This document shows, one piece after another, positions 11,860 through 26,768 of a stretch of DNA of 64,000 nucleotides (positions are counted from its first letter, which is position 1; each line of letters begins with the position of its first letter). Source of the DNA: Octopus sinensis (taxonomy: Eukaryota); assembly GCF_006345805.1 (NCBI RefSeq), contig NC_042998.1:149172001-149236000 (forward strand), read 5' to 3'. The position numbers were made by a program, and so were the translations under genes. The notes beneath the pieces are model-generated. The model saw only the letters and a program-made list of their open reading frames with translations, was not told the origin of the DNA and did no database searches.

Positions 11860-13579
11860 AAAGAAAAGGGAAAAAGGCAGAAATGCAGAAAGAAAACGAG
11901 GAAGAGAGAGAGAGAGAGGGGAATAAGGGAAGAAGGTACGAAAGAAATTTAGAAAAGGAGAAAAGAAATGAAGATAAAAGGAAGACGGGAAGAAACAATG
12001 GGGGTGAAGAAAGAAAGAATGAAAGAAAGAAAGAAAAAATGAGGGTGGAAAGGAAAGTATTGTAGAAAAGAAAAAAAGAGAAAAGGAAAGAAAGGAATAA
12101 AGAAAGAAAGGAATAAGTAAAAAGGGAGAATTAAAGAAAAGGTGAGAAAGAAAAAGGATTTAAAAGAGAAGTTCATAGTAAAAGAGTGAAAGAATGAAAG
12201 TTATAATGAAAGAAAAAATGAATGAAAGGAATAATGAAAAACAGAAAATGTAGAAGCAAAAAGAACGGAATATAAAAAGGAGGATAAAATTTAAAAAAAT
12301 AAAAATGAAAAAGAAGAAAGGAAATAAATAGATAAATAAAGAAAGTAAGAAAGAAAGTGGAAAAGGGAAAAGGAAGGAGAAAGAAAGAAAGAATGAAAGG
12401 AGGAGTGAAGAAGAAAGAATGGATGAAAATACGAAAGAAATATAAGAGAAGAAAAGAATGAAAAGAAAGAAAGGACGAAAAAAATGAAAATGAAAGAGAG
12501 AACGAACATAAAAAAGAAAGAAATGAGGGAAGAAGGCACGAAAAGAACGTAGAAAGAAAGAAATAAGGGAAGAAGGCACGAAAGGAATGTAGAAAAGAAA
12601 AAATGAGAGAAGAAGGCACGAAAAGAATGTAGAAAGAAAGAAAAAATGAAGAAAAAGTAAATGAAAAGAATGAAATTAATATATAAAGAAACGGAATGAA
12701 GATTGTTGAAGGAAAGAATAAATGAATGAACGACAAAAATAATTCTTTAAAGAATATCACAAAGAAATAAGGACAAAATACAGGATGGTTGTCGGAAAAC
12801 GAAAAAGGAAAGAGCAAATAAATGAACGACTTATTGGTGGAATGAGTAAGTGATAGAAACGGAATATAAATGAATAAAACGAAAGAAATGAAAAATTAAA
12901 ACGGAAGAAAGAATAATTTAGGAATGTAAGGAAAGGAAAGGAGGAATAAATAAATGAAAGAATTTATTAATGGATGAAACAATCATTGAATGAACAGAAA
13001 TTCTAATTGAATGACTAAAAGAATGAAGAAATGAAGGAAAGAGAGGAAGAAATATGAGAACGAAGAAATATATCTGAATGTTAAATGAATGAAAGAAAAA
13101 GTAAATGATAAAGACAGTTCTAGAAACAAACAGGAATGAGTAAACTGTGTTCAATTAAAAGTGGAGAAAGAATGACAGAAATTAAAGAATGAATTATTGA
13201 ATAAGTTAATGTATAAGAGCAAGGTTGACGGAAATGAAGAAATAAGCAGAAAGAAAAATGAGGGTAAGAAAGTAGGAAAATGTGGTGGAATAAGACAGAA
13301 TGAGTTGATGAAATGATAAAAATGAATGAAAGAATGAATAAATAACAGGACAGAGAAATAAACAGAAAGAAAGTGTGAGCCACTCATTTATTGGACGATG
13401 GAGTGAATAAATTGAAAGAAAGACGAAAGAAGATAGAAAAAAGTTTGAAACAAAAGAAATTGAGAGGAAAATTTGGTGAAGAAGTGTTGAATAAAAAAAC
13501 AAACAATAAATGAAAGGCAAGAATGAGTGAGAGTATCACAGCTAGTTAGATAGACAGACAGACAGACAGACGGATAGAC

Positions 13580-13658
<79 letters not shown>

Positions 13659-13673
13659 CAGATAGATAGATAG

Positions 13674-13711
<38 letters not shown>

Positions 13712-16250
13712 ATGAAGAGAAAATAAAGACAGAAGAGTGTAGAGGAATAAGAAAGGGAATGAATGAATGAATGAATGAATAGAAAAATAAACATAAAAGA
13801 TTTTATCAGGCAATGCCATTACGAATGAATGAATCAGTTGAATGAGTGAAAGAAGTAATGAGAAGAACACGAACAGGAATGAAAAACAATGTATGAAAGA
13901 AAAATATCAATAAAGAGTTAAATGCAATACAAAAAACAACCAAACGAAACCAAAACAAAACAGGGTGAATGAATGAGTGAGAAAAGAAATTATTGAATAA
14001 ATAAAACGGAAGAATAAATGAGAGTATGTTTGAAGGAAAGAAGGAAAATGAAGTCTGGAAAGAACGGAGGAATGGAACAAGAATGAGTTAGTAAATTGAT
14101 TATATGAAAGAATGAATGACAGGATAGATAGGTAAACAAAGGAATTATGCGACATAGATATTGTGAATGAATAAATCAAGTGAATACGTGTATGAATAAA
14201 TGAAAAGAGAACGAACGAAAACAGGAGAGTTTAAAATATTTGAATGATGAGGATTAGTGAAAAGATTTTGAATGAAATACAGAAGGAATGAATGAATATA
14301 TAAGAGAAGGAATTATCGAAGAAGGAAAGAATGAATGAGAGTAGGCGTCATAGATGGATTAAAACAAAGACTGAAAGAAAATGAGGGTAGGAGAGTACCG
14401 AGGATTGAGATAGGAATGAATTTATCAACTGAATGAATAAATGACAGGATAGAGAAATAAATTAAAGGCTATTACGTGATAATAGCATAACGAATGACTC
14501 AACTGAAGAAATGAATAATTTCATTCAAAACTATTTGAATGAAAAGAATGTGGAGAAGGAAAATTGAATGAAATGAAACAATGAATAAATGAACGAATGA
14601 ATGAAAGAAAGAGTGCTAGTAAATAAAACAGAAGTGGAACTTTAAGAATGAGTTAATAAATGAATGGAAATATTGTAAACAAATGAATGAAAGAGCAGAA
14701 TGAATCAATAAAAGGAATGACAAAATAAACAAATGAATAAATAAGAAAACAATGAATGAATGAAAGCGACGAAATATGCTTCATTGAAAGAAATATAAAA
14801 TAAAATGAAAGAATGCAACTGAACATGGAATGAAAGAAAAATAGAGAAGTAATGTATTACTGTATAGTAACGGATCAGAATTTAAGAAGGAGAGAAAGAA
14901 ATGAACGAAACCAGATGAGTGAAGAAATATAAACGAAGGAATTAATCAGTTAATCAATGCTTGAATGAGAGAGAAGAAATGAAGGAAAGACGGAAGATAT
15001 ACAGAAAAAAACACAAGACAGGAAAAAACTCGATAGTGAGGAAGAAACAACGAATGAACGAATATCTGAATAAGTAAAGAAAAAGATAAATTTAAGAATG
15101 AATAAATCGTCTATTTAGCAAAGGGAGAAAGGCATGAATGTGCAAATGAGCGAATGAAAAAAGAAATAAACATATAAGTGAGTGAATGATTTTAATTAGT
15201 CAATGAAAAATGGGACTACGTGGGAATGAATTATTGAATGAGTGAATGAAAAATGAATTTATTAAAGAATGAAAGAAACAAAATCAAATGAATGAATGAC
15301 TGTATGATTGAATGAAAACAGAAAATTTATAAATGAATGAATTATTGTATAGGCGATGGAAGAAATGAAAGAATGAATAAATGAACAAATGAAGCAAGAA
15401 TGAAAAAAGTGGATATAAGTGTAAAACTGAATGAGTAAATGAAAGAATTTCTGAATGAATAAATTTCTCAGCGGATGAATGAAAACCGAACGAATTACTG
15501 AAACAAAGTTAAATGTATGAATTAATAAAAACAGAAAATTTTTTAATGAATGAATTATTGAATGAAAAGCGAAGGAACCACTGAATAAATTTAAGAATCA
15601 AGGAAGAGAATATTAATGACTGAAATAGAGATGTATATAAGAATGAATTATTTAATTATTGAAGGAAAAACATAGCATGAATGAGGGTAAGAATGAATTG
15701 AATGAGTGAATGAAAACAAAAATGTATATATGAATGAATAAATAAATGAAAGAAATTATAAAAGAACAAATGAGAGAGTTAAAAAGAAAGAATTTATGAG
15801 AAGAGCAACTGATAGACATATAGAGGTATAGATATAAGTATTGTTAAAAACAACATATACATGAATTATTAAATGAAAAATGAACGAAAGACTGAAGGAA
15901 TGAATGAAGGAAAGAAGGAACGAATGAATGAACGAATTAAGGAACGAGTGAAAGAAATATGGAAATAATAAGAGAATAAAACGACAGCTTAGGAAGATAA
16001 AATTCCAAATATATAGGAGGAATAAATGAATTTTATTTCATAAATTTAAGAAACAGAATGAAAAGAAAAATGAAAGAAAATGTAAATGAATGAATGAAGA
16101 TATAAATGAAAGAAAGAACGAATGAAAAAACACGAAGGAAAACAACATGTGGCGAAAAATAGAGAAGAAATTTGGATGGAAAACACGTTGAAGATGATGG
16201 CGACTACAAGCAAATAGAAAAATTTGCCTTGAATGAACGTCTCTTAAAGA
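11860..16250 (+). repeat. ~4.4-kb purine-rich (A/G) low-complexity tract of degenerate GAAA/GAAT units with embedded (GATA)n and (GA)n
   Basis: Directly visible strand asymmetry; a short repeat gaagaaggcacgaaa recurs three times near 12528-12625; minus-strand ORFs are F/L/S-rich artefacts. Confidence 0.9.
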
Positions 16251-16369
16251 GGTTCTATGTCTATAAAAGCAACACAGACTAAAACTAACGATATTGCTGG
16301 AGCGTGGTGTTTTTAGTTTTTGTTTTTGTTATATTTTTACAAGGTTCGATCGATAGTTCCGGCGGCTTG

Positions 16370-17349
16370 TTGTACCAGCAGTGGTTAGGTGGTGGCGGAG
16401 GGAGGAGGCTGACTGTAGTCGTGGAGGCGGCGGCGATGGTGGTGGTGCTGGTGCGATAGTAGGGGTGTGGAGGTGATGCTGTAATGGTGGTGGGAGTGAG
16501 AGTGGGGCGGTAATGACCGTAGTCGTAGTAGTGGTCGTGGTGGTGGATGTCGGAGTATTGGAGGAGGGGGTGTAGTTGTAGTGGTGGTAGAAATGGTGAT
16601 GGACGTCGTAGTAGTGTTGGTGATGGTGGTGATGGTGGAAAGGTTGTTGATGGCGGTAGCGGCGGTCGCCGTGGCGAAGGTATTGGAGGTGAGGAACGTG
16701 CTGTAGTCGTGGTGGTGGTGGTGATAGCGCATAAGATAACTTGTGGTAGCGTTGTTGTTTAGCCCCTGGTCGGTCGTAAACGAACCGATGTACAATCAAA
16801 GGCGTTTCAGCCGTGACTATCCCACCTTTATCTCTATTCGATGCAGTGGGCTGCGGTTTAAAAATCATTTGCATTTAACCCCAGGTCAACACGAAGCCAG
16901 CACACTTTCGATCAACGACAATCCAGCCATGACAATCTCATCTTATTCCTACGTTCAACGAGCCCTATCCCACGTTAACCGACGCGAGCCCCTTTTTTTC
17001 TAAGTATGTAGGAGTGATTTGACTAGTATTTCTAGCAGGTTCGGCCGAAAGAGCACATTTGAGGCTCCGTTCGAGACTGTATAGGCGCCAGCAGAATGGT
17101 AGCATTGATATTACCTAAGTAATTTGAGTTGTGGTAGAAGTTGTACAAATAGGTGGGTTGTATTGGTTGTATGGGTTGTGGTATTAGTGTTCTGCTAAGG
17201 AAATCCATTACAACAGTACAGACGTTAGTATAAATGGTTGTGGTACCACAAGCGAAAAGGTGGAAGTTACAGTTGTGGTCATAGCTGAAGTGGTATTCTC
17301 TGACGCAGTATGAGGGTCTGTACCAAAGTTTATGCAGCAGTAGTAGTGT

Positions 17350-17391
<42 letters not shown>

Positions 17392-17718
17392 CGTTAGTTG
17401 TGGTATTGGAGAGCCGGATGTAAGTTAAGGTGGTAGCAGAAGTGTTGTGGTATAAGTTATAATAGTTATAAAAGTTGTGTTGGCTGCAGTATTTATCATT
17501 AGCAGTAGTAGTAGTAGAGGGTTGATGTGGTATCGGTCGAGTTGTAAGTGGTATGGTACGGGTCGTAGTACATGTAGATGTGGTGTGTTGTCAGTCCATG
17601 TTATAGTAGTGATTTTAGTAGTAGTAGTAGTAGTAGCTGTGGTGGTGGTGGTGGTGGTGGTGGTGGTGGTGGTGGTGGTGTTTGTAGGTAAAGCCGACAG
17701 ACCGTGGTAAAATTTGTG

Positions 17719-17754
<36 letters not shown>

Positions 17755-18860
17755 GTATAGTAGTAGTAGTAGTAGTAGTATAACGATGGAGTTGATGGTG
17801 GTGGTGGTGGTGGTAGTGGTGGTGGTAGTGATGGTGATGGTGATAGTGATAGAGGTAGTTGCGGGGAATTGCGATGAAGCTGGAAGATGATGACGGTGGA
17901 GGCAACGGCGACGGCGACGGCGACGGCGTTTATGTCGGCCGCTTCACTGCTGCTGCTGCTTGCTACGAGAGGAAGCCAGATATGGTGTGTAGAACGGTGG
18001 AGGTGGCAGCGGTGGTGGGTGGATTTGACGTGCTGAATGTGACTGGCTGGTGTGTCGGCTGGCTGGTGTGTCGGCTGGCTGGTGTGTCGGCTGGCTGGTG
18101 TGTCGGCTGGCTGGTGTGTCGGCTGGCTGGTGTGTCGGCTGGCTGGTGAGTGGCGGCGGCTGGAACATGGCGGATGCTGGTCGCTTGTTGTTGTTGTTAT
18201 TGGCAGTAACGGATGGATGGTGGCGGTGAATGTGGTGGTGGTGATGGTGGTGGTACTGGTGGTTTTGGCGTGACGGTGGCGTGTTGGTTGGTTGGTTGGT
18301 TGGTTGGGTGGTATAGGGACGTGTGGTGGGGTGAGGCTTCCGTGATGGTTTCGACCGCTTTTGTGGTAAAAGGCAGATGGCAGTGATGCAAGCTTTGTTG
18401 TGACGGTGGCGACGGCAACGGCGGCAGCGACGGCAGCAACGGTGACGCTGTCGGTAATGAAAGCAGTGGCGGAGGTGGAGGCAACGATAGGGGGGGAAGG
18501 GAGAGGAGAGTTAACTGGGTGGGTGGGAGTACGATGGCGAAGAGGCGGCAGTGGTTTACTGAAGCCATCGGTGGTGATCATTGCAATGATGGTGACTGCG
18601 CTAGTGGTGGTGGTACTTGCGTGGTAAATGGTATTACTGGTGGTGGTGATCATGACAGAAATGGCGGTGGTCGCGTTGACAATGGTATGACCATTGTGAC
18701 GCTACAGTGGTATTACTTATGGTGGGGATACTACTGATATCTGCGATGGTATTGATGGTACCGATGGTATGGGCAATGGTGGTTAGTAGTTGTACCATTG
18801 GTACTGGCGATGGTGCTCGTGGTGGTGGATAGTTTTAATATTGGTATGGGCGACCTTCTC
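16370..18860 (+). repeat. Degenerate (GGT)n/(GTA)n low-complexity domain
   Basis: Visible trinucleotide runs. Confidence 0.85.
18041..18148 (+). repeat. 16-bp minisatellite (ggctggctggtgtgtc), ~6.7 copies
   Basis: Units counted directly at 18041, 18057, 18073, 18089, 18105, 18121 and a partial at 18137. Confidence 0.95.
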
Positions 18861-18909
18861 TGGTGACACGCCAGTCTTACAGTTGTAGATTGTGTTATAG
18901 TTGTTATTG

Positions 18910-19230
18910 TTGCTTAGCCCCATCTCATCCTTATCTCATCCTGTCTTATCCCCTGATTAGAGCGTTAATCAATCCCAGTCATATCTAATGTGTCCTGCCC
19001 AAGGTCGGGCGTGATTTGAGAGAGATTTGGCTCTTATTTCTAGGAACTGATTGACCTATGATCAATGGCATTACCAGCCGTGGCCAGTACATCTTATCCC
19101 TATATTATCACTAGAAAATGTTGCCATATTACCAAGTGTAGTTTTCAAAGCGTAGGACGTGATTTGAGGGAGATTTGGTTGCTATTTCTAACAACCTGAT
19201 CGACTAAGTAGAGGCTGCCTTTAGTGTCGC
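18910..19230 (+). mobile_element. Dispersed repeat family (ccagccRtgaYcatc / gtgatttgagggagatttggYtgctatttct); related fragments at ~205-300, 1590-1660, 7545-7700, 16755-17100
   Basis: Shared motifs visible among these loci (acaatccagccatga is identical at ~1631 and ~16918). Confidence 0.55.
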
Positions 19231-19262
19231 GGGTTGTGGTGGTTTGGTACTATTAGTGTCAC

Positions 19263-19319
<57 letters not shown>

Positions 19320-21568
19320 GGTGGTGGTGGAAGCGGTGGTAGTGGCGTTAACTGTCCGTGCATGATCGATGCGACACCGCCGTTACCAGTCATCGTCACC
19401 GTTTGCAACACGCCATCATCGTGTGACACGACCGATATATACACCCACACCCACATACATACAGAGGTGCATAAATACATACTCGCATACATACATACAT
19501 GCATATATATATATATATATATATATACACGTACATACATGTCTATATACACGCATACATACACATGTACAGACACATATGTGTACATATATCAAATTTA
19601 ACATTTAATACGTATATATATATATATATGTGAGTGTGTGTGTGAATTACATTTAATATGTAAGGATATATATATACACATCTGTGTATATATGTATGTA
19701 TTTCCTCTCGTGGATGTATATATATATATATATACACACATACACATATATTCTGTGTGTATACGTATTTCCTATCGAGAATGTATATTTGTGTACGTAT
19801 ACACACACACATATATGTATCAATGCAGTGTATACATATATACACATATTTATATACACACGCACGTACAGAGGTATCCATCAAGCGACACCTTAACTAG
19901 ACACACACACTACACACACACACACACATACATACACATTTTACTGTCACCTTTGCCCCGCTCCCCCTAACATCTCCGTCACCATTCCCACCAGCACAAC
20001 TGTCACCTTTAACCTCGTCATCACCGTCATCACCACCACCAACGCCGCCACTGCCGCCACCAGCACCACCACCATTACCACCTCCACCACCATACATTGC
20101 TGTCACCTTTAGCCTGCAGCCAGCACCACCACCAACCGCGACACCACCTTTACCACACTCATAACCGCTGACACCTTTTACACTCTCACCGCCGCCGCCA
20201 CCACAACCACGGCACTGTACCACAATCACCACCATCACCACCATCACGTCACAACCATTACCGCCACCACCATCACCATCGCTAGATGTCAGCAGCAGCA
20301 ACAGAAACGTGTCAGCCACATAAGCTGGAAAGGAGACAGTTTATCGCCTCTCACCTCTTAACTCTTCTCCTCTTCCTGCTCCTCCCCTCTGCCAACCCTA
20401 GAGACATACACATACATACGCATATACACACACATTGGAACATATAAAGACACACACACTGAGACATATAAACACACACCGATAAAAACACATACATATA
20501 TATATATGTATAAAACCACACGCATCACTCACATACATGCTATAAATACAGACATACACGTACAGATAGAAACACATACAGAGATACATACATTCACACA
20601 CACACACACACACATATTCATTCGCGCCCCTCATTTACCCACTCCTATGCAACCCCACACATTCCCCTCAATACATCCTTCTCGCTCCCCTCCCTCCCTC
20701 TCTCCCTCTCTCATTCTCCTTTTTTCGCCTCCCTTCTCTTCCCTCATCCTTCTTTCTCCCGCAACCTTTCTCGTCTTTCTACCTCCCACCACCATCGTCG
20801 ATTCCCGCCGACGACGCCACTGCCGTCAACCCACATTTATTGCATACATACGTACATACATACATATATAGAGACATACATTTACACATACACAATCTCA
20901 CATACAGGAACATACACGAACATTTACACACAGTCATTCACTCCGTCTACTTCTTCGTGTCTCATACACTATACACACACACATTACAGAGCTACTCGCA
21001 CACACTCTTATACATATAAATTACATACATAGACACACATATACACAAACACACAGTCACATCACATGTTTTATCCTTAGTCTTTCTACGTATGTAACAC
21101 AATCATGCACATACATGCACACATACATATATACACAATATACATACTATAGATAAGACCAACGGTTCTTGCAGATACACACATAAATAAATACACATAT
21201 TCACACAGTGTTAAAGAGAGCACCACCACGCTCTCTCTCTCTCTTTCTCCCTCTCTGTCACACACACACACACATTTAAATACACATACAGGTACACAAT
21301 TCACAGTAACACCTCGTACGTACATTCGCAAACGTTTCTGTGAGTGTATAAGTATGTACTACGTATGTATGTACGTACGTACGTACGTACGTATTTATGT
21401 ATGTATGTATGTGTTGATTCATACACATACATACATACACACATATACATGAATATAGATTGTTACTCATATGAAAAGAGAGTATTATCACACTTTAAGC
21501 ACATACATGCATACATACATATACAGTAAACTATTTCTCTCTCTCACACAGACACACATATATACACG

Positions 21569-21612
<44 letters not shown>

Positions 21613-21698
21613 CATATACACACATACATATACACACATATATATATACACACATACTTATATATACACATATATACGTATATATATGTATATGTATG

Positions 21699-21751
<53 letters not shown>

Positions 21752-22217
21752 CACATACATATACATATATATACACACGCACACATAGGCACAGCTGTTG
21801 GTCTCATCACATATACTGCTTTCACCATCTCGGTACATATACATACACAATTACACATTTACACTATCATCACAGCACAACACACATACATACACATATT
21901 GGCGTCTGTGTACATATGCACGTATATATATATATATACATTATTATACTTTCAAATACACATATTGAGCAATATTACAAATTTCACAATACGCACGTAC
22001 GTACTCACACACCATGTACGCATATATATATACATATATATATATGCATAAACATATTCATACACATGCATACACACTATCCACCACCCTCCGTTTAATC
22101 GATTACTATTACGTGTCTGTCTTCAAAACATCTACCCCCCACCATTCTCTTCCTTCCTCTCCATTTCTCTCTGTCTCTCTCACACGCACGTGTACAAGAT
22201 CTTATTTACTCTCCTCT

Positions 22218-22251
<34 letters not shown>

Positions 22252-22423
22252 CATTGTCTTACACATTCCCTTTTTCACTCTGTTTTTCTCTTTCTCTCCT
22301 CTCTCTAACTTTGTTAGTGTGACAACTCTCTCTCCCTTTCTTTCCTTCGCTATCTGTCCTCGTTTCCGTCTTCTTCCCCTGTTCTCTCTTCTCTATTATC
22401 TATCGCTTTTACTTTCTTTCTCC

Positions 22424-22456
<33 letters not shown>

Positions 22457-22458
22457 CC

Positions 22459-22491
<33 letters not shown>

Positions 22492-22820
22492 TTATCTATC
22501 TATCTATCTGTTTATCCATGTATCCGGACTATGTCTTAGCATACGTATACGTGTATGTATGTGTATGTGTGTGTATATATATATATATATATACATACAC
22601 GCAAACACACATACACATATCTTGCATCTTTTACACTTGTTTCAATAGCTGGACTGCGGTCATACTGGAGCACCACCTTGACAGGTTTAGTTGAACCACT
22701 CGACTACAGCACTTATTTTCAAGTCCAGTATGTATTCTGTCGGAGCCTTTCCGCGAACCGCCACCTTACGAGAACAGTTATTAAACGGTGTAAAAAGCAA
22801 ATACAAACATAAATCACACA

Positions 22821-22881
<61 letters not shown>

Positions 22882-23372
22882 CGTCCATCCTTCGTTGAGC
22901 GAACGTGGAAAAAATTATAAATTAAAAACTCGAGAAGCAAGGACCAAAAAAAAATATTTCGAAGTTTCGCTTCAAAAATTTTTCCCATTTCATTCCTTCT
23001 TTTCCGTATTCCTTCCTTCTTTTATTTCTACACTCCTTCATTTTTAAATTTTATTTTTTTATCCATTTATTCATTCTTTCATTTTATCTGTCATTATTTA
23101 TCTTTATTCTTACGCTTCATTATAAATTTACTTGCATACACACATACATACATACATAAATACATACATACATACATACATACATACATACATACATACA
23201 TACATACATACATACATACATACATACATACGCGTATATATTCAAATTCATATTCACTAAAGATTGCAAAACTCAACGAAACCATGGTGCGAGTTTATAT
23301 AGTTAACGGAACAACACCCACGCGCACACACATTCACACATACACACACGTAATAACATGTGCAGTTATATG

Positions 23373-23455
<83 letters not shown>

Positions 23456-25144
23456 TAGATAGATTTATTTATTTATTTATATATCTGGTTAAGTATACAA
23501 TTAAAACCACTGCACGGTTTTTCCTTCTTTGGTTTGTGGTGATCTTCAATAGATATGGGGAAAAAAGGTAAAATGTGTTTATGAATTCGTATAGAGATGC
23601 TGTGTAAATGGTTAGGGTTGACGATTGTGTAGACTGATAGTGGGACAACAATGGCCGAGTGGGTTTGCTGTTATGTGGTGAAATAGAACTCAAGTTAGTA
23701 TTCTGGTGGAGGTTCTGTTGAGTAAAAGAGAACAGAAACAATAAAAGAAAGCGGCGAGGAAGAAAAAAGGAGGAGAGATCGATGAATCAATTGGGTTCGG
23801 GTGAAGGTTCAGTGTAGTTAGTTATATCGCAAAACCAGAGGACCAGAGTCCGTTGTCAAAGAAATATACCGGTTAGAGAAAGAAATCACGCCTTTTCTGT
23901 GAAGTTAGAGTTTGGAGTGTGATTGCTACTTCTTATACGTAGACTAGAATGTTTGTGTGTTGTAGAAACACCGTCTTAGTAGTTAAATGTCGATCACACT
24001 TGATCTTTATAATGGATCAGAACTTGTCATAGCTGGTTTGGCGCCCTTTCTGGTGTTCTTTAACTCCTTTATTGCATTCAAAAGTGACTTTGTGACATTA
24101 TCGATATTAGTTTTTGCAGCCCAACTTGAACTCCTCTCTCATCTGTGGAAGACGACTTCTCTATTCTAGAAATATTTCTAGAGTCGTTCTACGAAATTTC
24201 CATATTTAGTTCCTCCTCCTCTTAACGTTTCTCTTCAAAAGACTCGTCTTTCTGCTACTTCCCGTCCTTTCTTTATTAATACACTTCTACCTCTTGTAAG
24301 AAATATTTCAACTCAAATAGTTTCATTCTTCGGCCATTCCTTGTAGGGAACTATAGTCCTTGTTTTCCAAATGAACATCGTGATCCTTTTAAATCTTGCG
24401 TTGGTCATTTTTATGAATACCTCACGGCGACTACAACCAACATCGTAACATATGCCACCAACACCATCTTCCACTGCCCCTACTCCTGCGTGAAAACACG
24501 TCACAACGACCTCAACCAACAGTTGGAGAGTTGCTGCTGTTGCTTATCCAAACGCCGAGCAGTTTAAAATAAAATAACAAAATTGATGTAAATACTCATT
24601 TCTTGAACTGCTTTCTTCTGAAGATAGGCCTTTGCGCCCGAAATATAAAGGGTTCTTATAAAACTTGCGCATTGTTAGAAGCATTCTTTATTTCTCCTTT
24701 CCTTCATTTTCTCCTTCTGTACTACAGTGCTTCAAGCAAACTACAACGTTCTTTTTGTTTTACTTTTTTCTTTAGTAACAAGTGAAGTCTTTGTTTCAGA
24801 CTCTGTTTTATTACTACTTGTCGAGGACTGGGTTTTTTGAGAACCTGGAAAGAAAATTTACTCTTGGGGTTGAGAGTTCGATAATATTTTGTTTCGTCCC
24901 TATGACAGATCGATACACTGACTTTGTGAACCTTGATATTTGTGATATTTTAAAGGATTTTTGACGGTATGTTTGCGTGTAGTTTGGATACATTATAGCT
25001 CTTATAATCCTGTTTTCATCTGTCTTTACGTTCTGAGTTCAAATTCCGCCGGGGTCTTTCATCCTCTTGGGGTCGATAAAATAAGTACCCACCCCCGAAA
25101 TTGCTACCCTTGTAGCAAAATTTGAAACCATTATTATTTTTTTT

Positions 25145-25366
25145 AAGATAGGGAGCTGACTGAATCGTTATCACGCCAAACAAAATGCTTAGCAATATTT
25201 CGTTCGTTTTTACGTTCAGAATTCAAATTACGCGAAGGTCGACTTCGCCTTTCACTCTTTCGGAGTCGATAAACTAAGTACAAGTCAAGTACTGGGGTTG
25301 ATGTAATCAACCAGCCCACACCTCACACCTCACCCCAAACTGCAGGCCTTGTGCCATTATTAGAAA
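25145..25366 (+). mobile_element. tRNA-derived SINE, family A (a partial copy precedes it at 25025-25135)
   Basis: gaatcgttatcacgcc...gaattcaaattacgcg...gtcgataaactaagtac. Confidence 0.8.
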
Positions 25367-26599
25367 GGATTATGAGTGTTTCGTTGAAAAGACTGTGTGA
25401 CGACTATGTTCATGCGGTGAAACGAGACTATGTGGTTGTCTGTCCATTGACCGATGTTATCACCGTCTTTAATTCAAGAAGCTATGTCCAGAGTGATTTA
25501 CTCCATTGTGTACAAGTGAGAAAGTGGTGAGGCGTCTACATCAAATAGGTCGTTAGCGTGCATATTGTCATACTTTTTGTCTTCAACTCAAGCATTTTCA
25601 CCTACAATATCACTTTAAAAATATTTTTCAATAAGTGTATGCTTTTTTAAAATTATTATACACTTGTATGATAGGAGTGCGTTATGTGCGAGAGCGCGTG
25701 TTGTAGACCGACAAATACGGTAATTGCTTCCCGGTGTTGTTACAGGCACTGCTAGAGCACTACAAATGAATATTTTAAGTCACGAAAATTAAATGAGAAA
25801 CAACAGCAATAAATTAATTTAAATTTTCTATGGAATTTGAAACCGCATAGTTATTGTATGAAGATGTGATATTTTAAAAACCTATTTATCTCCCAGACAA
25901 CTCCCATCCAATATTTATAATACAACTTCATCTCAGGAGCTCAGAACCGTTGCCTGATATATCTGTAATACACCGCGAAAATACACCTGTTAGAAGAGGT
26001 GCTTCTTGGAAAATGATACGGAGAGGAACAATACTGGAAGAGACTGAGGTATGCCATCCACCAAGGAATATGAGAAACCACTTTGCCCTCATTTTGTGCG
26101 CTTGCTTTATACTCAAATATTCTACAACTTTGGTATAATCACCAGGACAGCATGACAAAATGACATAGAGTATCAAGCACAAGAGAGAAAAATGTATAAA
26201 CGTGTGTGCGTGTGTATATATGTGTGTGTGTGTGAATGCATGTATGTATGTATGTTAAACACACATACATACATACACGCAGGCAGGCAGGCAGGCAGGC
26301 ACGCACGCACGCACACACACACACATATATGTATATATGCCTACAGATATCGATTAACAGAAACTCAAGCTTAAAGATCAACCGCATCGACCTCAACCAG
26401 TCTGGGAGGAGCCGCCAATACTTCGGACACTACTGCACTTCCCCGGACTAAATAAATAAATAAAACAATCAGCATTTCTTGGAAAATTCGATAGAATTTA
26501 TTGTCCATTGTGTTTTTGTGTACAAAGATAACAAAAAAAAAAAAAACTCTGTTGGGTGGGGAGAAAAAACAACCCAAAATGCTACGTCTAGGAACGAAC

Positions 26600-26709
26600 G
26601 TACCATCTGCTACACCACCACCACCAACAACAACAACAACAACACCCGCATCATCACAATCATAACAGCAACAACAACAACAATAACGATGATAATAATA
26701 ATAACGATG

Positions 26710-26768
<59 letters not shown>

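Noticed and set aside
16329-17003. ORFs MQMIFKPQPTASNRDKGG.. (-) and MVALLFSPW.. (+) as exons
   Set aside because: The non-low-complexity part is made of fragments of the same dispersed repeat (atcaaaggcgtttcagccgtgactatccc), with in-frame stops immediately upstream on the minus strand.
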